DNA from: an uncultured Desulfosarcina sp.
GTDB lineage: Bacteria > Desulfobacterota > Desulfobacteria > Desulfobacterales > Desulfosarcinaceae
DNA: 64,000 nucleotides
Assembly (NCBI GenBank): GCA_963674945.2
Contig: CAXXWQ010000003.1
Location: 352,001-416,000, forward strand
Reading direction: 5' to 3'
In this document: positions 58,934-64,000 of the stretch, in pieces
Layout of the letters: each line of letters begins with the position of its first letter
How positions within the stretch are numbered: the first letter of the stretch is position 1
The notes under the pieces: generated by a model
The model's database searches: none
What the model was told of the DNA's origin: nothing
The model's input: only the letters and a program-made list of their open reading frames with translations
Translations under genes and position numbers: made by a program

Positions 58934-60471
58934 GCGACCATCCTTTGCATCATCCTGCCGATTACACCGCGCGCGCCGAGCCGTTTCAGCGCGTCGGCAA
59001 CCGAAGATCCGCCCTGCTGGAGAAGGGACACGGCGCCCTCCAGGGCGTCGGGCCCGTCATCGTTGACGTTTTTGTTGAGAAGGTAGATCAGTTGTTCGAC
59101 CAGACGGTCCTGGTCGCTGTGGCCTTTTCGAAAACGAAGTTTTCCGAACTCGACGAGATAGGAAAGCGTTCCGATGATCCGCGCCTCCTTGTTCGTGCTG
59201 TGAAGCTTCGGGCGCCAGGGAAGATACCGGCCGGTCTGCTTGGCATAGTTCTGGATCGCCTCGTGGAGAAAATCGTGAAACATGTTCTCTTCGATCCCCA
59301 CCGGGCCGTGGTACTCGTCATGCTGCCGGTAGGCGGCGGCGAACATCTCGGACGGGCTGGCATGCCGGATCCAGGCGTGCAGCACGTAGAAAATCATCGT
59401 GGCCCTGTCCAGCCCGACGGTGACGCACGCCTTGTAATCGTTGTTCTCGCCGCTTTTCGCGCTGGGGTCCGTGAAGCTTGCCGTGCGAAGCTCGATCCCG
59501 GCAATTTCCTCGATTTCGTAGTACCGGAACCATGTCTCGGGAAAAGGCGAGTTTTCTGCGCCGGTGAGGTTGCGCATCTCGGCATTGAAATCCACCGTGC
59601 CCATCTGGCGCTGTTTTTTCTCCAGGCGTTCCGCCGGCCACAGCGCCGGCCACAACGGCCTTTGGGTGGGTTTGCCGTAATCGATCCAGCAGTCGTACAC
59701 CTTGGAGACGTACAGCTTGTTTCCTTCTTCGTCCTTGGCGGCGATGAGCTGGGAGATGACGCTTTTCGGGTGAAACAGGTTCCCGACCATGTTCGCCGTG
59801 TACCCGGCGCCCATGCTGCCGATCACGGCCCGGACCAGCCAGCGCTTTCCCTTTTCCACCTGTTTGGGATTCTCGACATTCTCGTCGTTTTCGAAATCGT
59901 CGATGATGGCGCGATCCGGACGGTGCTGCCGGTTTTTCAGGCCGCGGACCTTTTCTCCCCGGCCCCTTGCCAGAACACGCACCCCGTTTGCCGTCGTAAA
60001 ATCGTTCTTCTTCCAGACCTTGCCGAAAAAATCGCCGAAGTCATGGCGCAAACGGGGATTTTCTTCGAGCTCCAGCCGGATCGGAAGGGTAAACCCGCTG
60101 GCCTGGTCGTTGGTGTCCGAGATGATCAGGATGAACCACCGCAACTGGTACACGATGTCGTGGATCGGCAGGCCCAGTGTGAAGAACGTGGATTTGGCAT
60201 GCTCGCGCGGGGCCCCCAAAAGAACCAGGGCGTCCTTGACCTCGGTCAAGTCCTCCCATTCTGAATGGCAATCGGCGAATGCGACCGGAAAGTAATGCGG
60301 CAGGTACGTCTTGAAAAAATAGAGCAGATCGTACTCGGCCCGCATCTTTCGCTCGGCCTGCTTATCCGGGGTGTCGTTTTCGAACGGCGACACCGATTCT
60401 GCGATCCAGGCCTTGATGTCATCGGCCCAGCGGTCGAAGCGAAGTTCGGTAAGTTTAGGACGCTTGCGCAT
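58930..60471 (-). CDS. Terminase large subunit
   Basis: APREHAKST Walker A, RPD..IIDD.END, TDPS, DDGPDALEG nuclease motif. Confidence 0.93.
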   Translation of the reverse strand: MRKRPKLTELRFDRWADDIKAWIAESVSPFENDTPDKQAERKMRAEYDLLYFFKTYLPHYFPVAFADCHSEWEDLTEVKDALVLLGAPREHAKSTFFTLGLPIHDIVYQLRWFILIISDTNDQASGFTLPIRLELEENPRLRHDFGDFFGKVWKKNDFTTANGVRVLARGRGEKVRGLKNRQHRPDRAIIDDFENDENVENPKQVEKGKRWLVRAVIGSMGAGYTANMVGNLFHPKSVISQLIAAKDEEGNKLYVSKVYDCWIDYGKPTQRPLWPALWPAERLEKKQRQMGTVDFNAEMRNLTGAENSPFPETWFRYYEIEEIAGIELRTASFTDPSAKSGENNDYKACVTVGLDRATMIFYVLHAWIRHASPSEMFAAAYRQHDEYHGPVGIEENMFHDFLHEAIQNYAKQTGRYLPWRPKLHSTNKEARIIGTLSYLVEFGKLRFRKGHSDQDRLVEQLIYLLNKNVNDDGPDALEGAVSLLQQGGSSVADALKRLGARGVIGRMMQRMVA

Positions 60472-60925
60472 GGTGCTCCTTGAACCGGCTTACGATCGTA
60501 TCGAAATTTCTCGCAAACACCTTCAGACCGCCCGGGTCCACATCCTTGAGGGTTTCTGCGATGAACGCCATGTCTTCGAGAAAAAGCTTGGGACGGTCGA
60601 TCTCCACGGTCTCGGAATCGTTGTTTTTCTCGCTGTCCATTTGCAGCTTGAGAACCTTTAATGCCGCATAGGCTTGTTGCGGATCCTCGGAATCCACCGC
60701 CTTTTGCAGCATCGTGTCCCTAAGCTTGACAAGCTGCTGTTTCAGTGTTCGTTTGCTCGTAAGGTACTTGGCCCGCTTTTCCCGCCAGTGGCCGTCTTTA
60801 GCCCAGCGTTTTAGCTGAGAAACGGAAACTCCGGTGGCATCGGCGACCTGCTCGTAGGTTTTACGCTCCTCTACGTACAGGTCCTCGGCTTCGAACCGGA
60901 TCTTAAGGTCAATTTCCTGTGCCAT
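60455..60925 (-). CDS. Terminase small subunit-like HTH protein (DUF1804-like)
   Basis: AEDLYV....T.EQVA...GVS...LKRW...G.W; directly upstream of terL. Confidence 0.75.
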   Translation of the reverse strand: MAQEIDLKIRFEAEDLYVEERKTYEQVADATGVSVSQLKRWAKDGHWREKRAKYLTSKRTLKQQLVKLRDTMLQKAVDSEDPQQAYAALKVLKLQMDSEKNNDSETVEIDRPKLFLEDMAFIAETLKDVDPGGLKVFARNFDTIVSRFKEHHAQAS

Positions 60926-61014
60926 TGATTTGTCGAATACGTTCCAGTGTGCGTTCCAGGGCCTTGAGGCTCATGACGAAAGACAAGCGCTGCAATCGGT
61001 ATTTCAGCAGAAAA

Positions 61015-61224
61015 TCAGCCATCTTTTTGTCCCGAAAGATTGGCAGCCATCACGCCCAGCTCCTTGACCAGGTCAACCAGCATGCCGGTCACCCTGTCCA
61101 TGAGGTTGCGGTATCCCTGCCAAAGCCGCCAGATGGCATAAAACGCAACGGCATTGACGGTAAGGCTCAAAAGCAGGGCCGCGTCCTTGCTGCCGGCGAC
61201 ATCCTTGATCCAGTGCCAGTTCAC
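61015..61224 (-). CDS. Small single-TM phage protein
   Basis: Hydrophobic LLLSLTVNAVAFYAIW segment; coupled to its neighbours. Confidence 0.6.
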   Translation of the reverse strand: MNWHWIKDVAGSKDAALLLSLTVNAVAFYAIWRLWQGYRNLMDRVTGMLVDLVKELGVMAANLSGQKDG

Positions 61225-61622
61225 GATCGTTTGGACTTGTGCTTGAGCGCGCTGGATTCTGCGACGTCCCGGGCAGATTCGCTTTGCCGTTTCAGGTCAG
61301 CGGAAATGTCGAACATGTCCAGTGCTCGTTCGAACTCGTTGGCCGTCTCGTTGTCCACCCTTCCGCCGGAGAACAGGTGGCTGGCCGTGGCCATGAAGCG
61401 GCTGGCCAGCCGGTCCCTGGGCGTCTCTTCCTTGGAAATGTTCTCGCCACCGTCTTCCAGGGCCATCAATAGCTGATCCAGCCGGGTGTTCAGGGCCTGG
61501 GCCAGATCCTCCACGGACTGCTCAAGACGCGACAAGTCTCCATAATGCCGGCCGTTGGTGCCCAGATAGCCCAAAACCGCATGTTTCAATTGTTTGATTT
61601 TCTGGATGCTTTGCCGCGTCAT
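61221..61622 (-). CDS. Hypothetical phage protein
   Basis: GAGGAGG RBS, 133 aa, overlaps the next gene by GTGA. Confidence 0.65.
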   Translation of the reverse strand: MTRQSIQKIKQLKHAVLGYLGTNGRHYGDLSRLEQSVEDLAQALNTRLDQLLMALEDGGENISKEETPRDRLASRFMATASHLFSGGRVDNETANEFERALDMFDISADLKRQSESARDVAESSALKHKSKRS

Positions 61623-61833
61623 CTTTCCTCCTCAATGCGTTAAATGACGAAAAGTAGGTGTTAACCGCGAATGGCCTTGATGGCCCCTTCGATGAGTCCG
61701 GCTTCTTACTCGGCCCTCTCCTGCCATTTCAGGCACCGCCGCCAGCCCGGTACCGCCTTTTCCCTTGATCGGCAAGGGCCAGGCCGAGAAAATAATCGGA
61801 CACGGCCTGGCCGTAATCGCCATCATTCATGGA

Positions 61834-62001
61834 CTATTTGAGCATGCCGGTACGAACGAAAACGACACTCAGCGCAGCCAATGATCCCTGGATGGCCTGC
61901 ATCCATGTCGTCTCGCCGGAAACGGCGCCGCCGATCGCAGCAACAGCTCCTGCCACGCCTGTCCAAACCGCCTTGCTCTGGTACCACTTCTTCTTTTCCA
62001 T
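61834..62001 (-). CDS. Putative holin (55 aa, two TM segments)
   Basis: Manual translation MEKKKWYQSKAVWTGVAGAVAAIGGAVSGETTWMQAIQGSLAALSVVFVRTGMLK; AAGGAGG RBS. Confidence 0.7.
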   Translation of the reverse strand: MEKKKWYQSKAVWTGVAGAVAAIGGAVSGETTWMQAIQGSLAALSVVFVRTGMLK

Positions 62002-62010
62002 GATGCCTCC

Positions 62011-62436
62011 TTAAAAACATTCGAGTATGGTTAAATGAGCGCGATCGAAACCTCGCATGGCAGACATGAACGAGCGAAAGGCATCTTTCGAAGATAAAAC
62101 CCCGCGATCCTTTTCGATGCGTCCGTACTGCCGGGCAAGAAGGATACAGCCGTCGGTCTCGACGGCACGATTGCCGGGATGGAAACGGATCAGGTCCCGG
62201 AAGGGCACGTCGCAGACCTCGAAGGTCTCCCCGAACCGGCTGGACTGTATCCGTTTGAGTTTGTACTGCTGTGCCGGGATGGATGAGCGATTGCGCTGGT
62301 TTTCTCGATCGGGAGGCTCAAGCGTGACGCAAAAGACCTGCTTGTTGATCCGGAGAACGCCGAATGTTCCGTGCTCGGAATCTTCTTCCAGCCGGATCAA
62401 CTCGATGATGGGGATAAGATTGTGGTCGGGTGTCAT
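62011..62436 (-). CDS. Putative endolysin (DUF5675-like)
   Basis: GTFG.L, FC.TLE, IPA..Y, R..I.FHPGN....TDGCIL; first gene of the lysis/late block. Confidence 0.75.
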   Translation of the reverse strand: MTPDHNLIPIIELIRLEEDSEHGTFGVLRINKQVFCVTLEPPDRENQRNRSSIPAQQYKLKRIQSSRFGETFEVCDVPFRDLIRFHPGNRAVETDGCILLARQYGRIEKDRGVLSSKDAFRSFMSAMRGFDRAHLTILECF

Positions 62437-62458
62437 TTGCCGCTCCCTGAAAACAAAA

Positions 62459-62503
62459 CGAGCCGGTCATCCTCGATTGACAGTTCGAAGGATGACCGGC
62501 TCG
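62459..62503. promoter_or_regulatory. Strong inverted repeat upstream of the late operon
   Basis: CGAGCCGGTCATCC ... GGATGACCGGCTCG, 14-bp perfect arms. Confidence 0.6.
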
Positions 62504-62779
62504 ATTGTGTCGCTTCCGGTCGCGGGTCTTATTGCAACCCTTCCCACAATAAAACGGAGGGCATTTGGTTTGTGATGATTAGTTTAAGCAGTATTTCTCT
62601 TTGTGGTCAAGCCATTTTTTGGTAGTGCTTCTATTTTTCTTTTTTTATTCCATATTCGTCTCATATGCTGCACGCTTATCGGGGCAATCTCTTCAATAGC
62701 CCATTACCCCATCGCCTCTTGCCAGATTAAGGCCAATTCCTCGGCACTGTTGATGCTCCGCATGATGGGCAGAAGAGTT

Positions 62780-64000
62780 TCAAGTTTTTTCGCTTCTTAA
62801 CTTTCGCAACAGATCATCAACCATTGCCTCTTTTGGTGATTGGATTTCACGAAAAAGAACAAGTGCCTTCTGGAACATCTCCTCTGTACGATCAAGCTCT
62901 CCGCGGATCATATACAAACTCCCGAGGTTGCTGTAGTCACTTGCCATGCCCTCTTTACCTCCGAGCATCTTATTGATGGCCATCGACTTCTGGTACATCT
63001 CCTCTGCACGATCAAGCTTTCCGCAGGTCTGATACAAGGTCCCGAGGTTACCATAGTCAATTGCCATGCCCTCTTTGCCACCGAGCGCCACGTTGATGGA
63101 TAGTGATTTCTGGTACATCTCCTCCGCTCGATCAAGCTTTCCGCAGGTCTGATACAAGTTCCCGAGGCTACCGTAGTCAATTGCCATGCCCTCTTTACAA
63201 CCAAGCGTCTTGGTAATAGCCAGTGACTTCTGGAGCATCTCCTCTGCTCGATCAAGCTCTCCGCGGATCTGATACAAGGCTCCGAGATTGGTGTGTTGAC
63301 TTGCAATGCCCTCTTTACGACCGAGCACCTCGTTAATGGCCAATGATTTCTTATACATTTCTTCCGCACGATCGAGCTCTCCGCGAATCTGATATAAGGT
63401 TCCGAGGTTACCGTAGTCAATTGACATGCTCTCTTTACGGCCGAGCGCCTCATTGATGGCCAGTGATTTTTTGCACATCTCCTCTGCACGATCGAGCTCT
63501 CCGCGGGTCTTATACAAGAGTCCGAGGTTGCCATATTGACTTGCAACGCCTTCTTTACAACCGAGCGCCTCGTTAATGGCCAGTGATTTCTGGTGCATCT
63601 CCTCTGCACGATCAAGCTCTCCGCGGATCTGATACAAAATTCCGAGGATACCGTAGTCACTTGCCATGCCCTCTTTGCGACCGAGCGACTCATTTATGGC
63701 CAGTGACTTCTGGCACATCTCCTTTGCACGATCAAACTCTCCACGGATTTTATACAAGAGTCCTATATTGCAGTAGCTATTTGCCATCCCCTCTTTATGG
63801 TTTAGCACCTCGTCGATAGCCAGCGACTTCATGTACATCTCCTTCGCTTGATCAAGCTCTCCGCGAATTTTATACAAGTTCCCGAGGTTACCGTAGTCAA
63901 CTGCCATGCCCTCTCTACGGCCGAGCGTTTCGTCGATGGCCAGTGACTTCTGGTACATCTCTTCCGCTCGATCAAGCTCTCCGCGAATTTTATACAAGTT
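62780..64000 (-). CDS. Tetratricopeptide-repeat protein (5' end beyond the window)
   Basis: About 10 tandem 40-aa units of the form EGMAxDYGNLGxLYxxRGELDRAEEMYQKSLAINExLGxK. Confidence 0.93.
   Translation of the reverse strand, partial: NLYKIRGELDRAEEMYQKSLAIDETLGRREGMAVDYGNLGNLYKIRGELDQAKEMYMKSLAIDEVLNHKEGMANSYCNIGLLYKIRGEFDRAKEMCQKSLAINESLGRKEGMASDYGILGILYQIRGELDRAEEMHQKSLAINEALGCKEGVASQYGNLGLLYKTRGELDRAEEMCKKSLAINEALGRKESMSIDYGNLGTLYQIRGELDRAEEMYKKSLAINEVLGRKEGIASQHTNLGALYQIRGELDRAEEMLQKSLAITKTLGCKEGMAIDYGSLGNLYQTCGKLDRAEEMYQKSLSINVALGGKEGMAIDYGNLGTLYQTCGKLDRAEEMYQKSMAINKMLGGKEGMASDYSNLGSLYMIRGELDRTEEMFQKALVLFREIQSPKEAMVDDLLRKLRSEKT

Larger units (their letters stand above)
37182..64000 (-). 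mobile_element. Mu-like transposable myovirus prophage, late-gene half (other end lies beyond the window)
   Basis: TG terminus with tandem 22-bp repeats; contiguous minus-strand lysis, terminase, head, contractile tail, baseplate, fibre and methylase genes; GC-richer than its flank. Confidence 0.85.

Noticed and set aside
42516..60264. Many long plus-strand and alternate-frame ORFs over the prophage (for example 57413-59086, 55570-56526, 58735-60264)
   Set aside because: They are shadow ORFs of GC-rich genes. The coupled minus-strand frames carry the recognisable phage motifs.
62582..62763. Possible Mor/C late-activator remnant (ISVQHMRRIW) on the minus strand
   Set aside because: It is short, interrupted by a stop, and the similarity is too weak to support.
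62780..64000. CRISPR array or DGR template suggested by the periodic DNA
   Set aside because: The period is 120 bp, in frame and coding, with no unique spacers. No cas or reverse transcriptase gene and no adenine-specific TR/VR pair were seen.

Overview
Bacterial chromosomal window; gene content and repeat families suggest a Desulfobacterales-like anaerobe, but that is an inference. It has three parts. (1) 1-14.5 kb: a TetR-controlled acyl-CoA/beta-oxidation operon with a 4-hydroxybutyryl-CoA dehydratase. It is decaying, with an in-frame TAA, an in-frame TAG, a frameshift and an IS1380 insertion. (2) 14.5-37.2 kb: an accessory patchwork containing a LIV-type ABC transporter with an MtaA/URO-D-like protein, an acyltransferase, an ABC-F with an attenuator, a SAM methyltransferase, an S1/P1-like nuclease, a second identical IS1380 and RAYT relics. 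It is punctuated by four copies of an IHF gene, three of them coupled to an SRAP (YedK/HMCES) gene that carries a different deletion each time. (3) 37,182 to beyond 64,000: the late half of a myovirus prophage on the minus strand. It has a Mu-like TG terminus with repeated binding sites that interrupts higA, and Mu-like terminase and methylase genes. Its head and tail genes, however, are of the non-Mu DUF1073/DUF2213/DUF2184/DUF3383 type. It also encodes a 1,297-aa tail-fibre-position protein with a signal peptide and a 120-bp tandem-repeat TPR gene. Domain names are recognised by eye and were not confirmed by a database search. No rRNA, tRNA or CRISPR array was seen.
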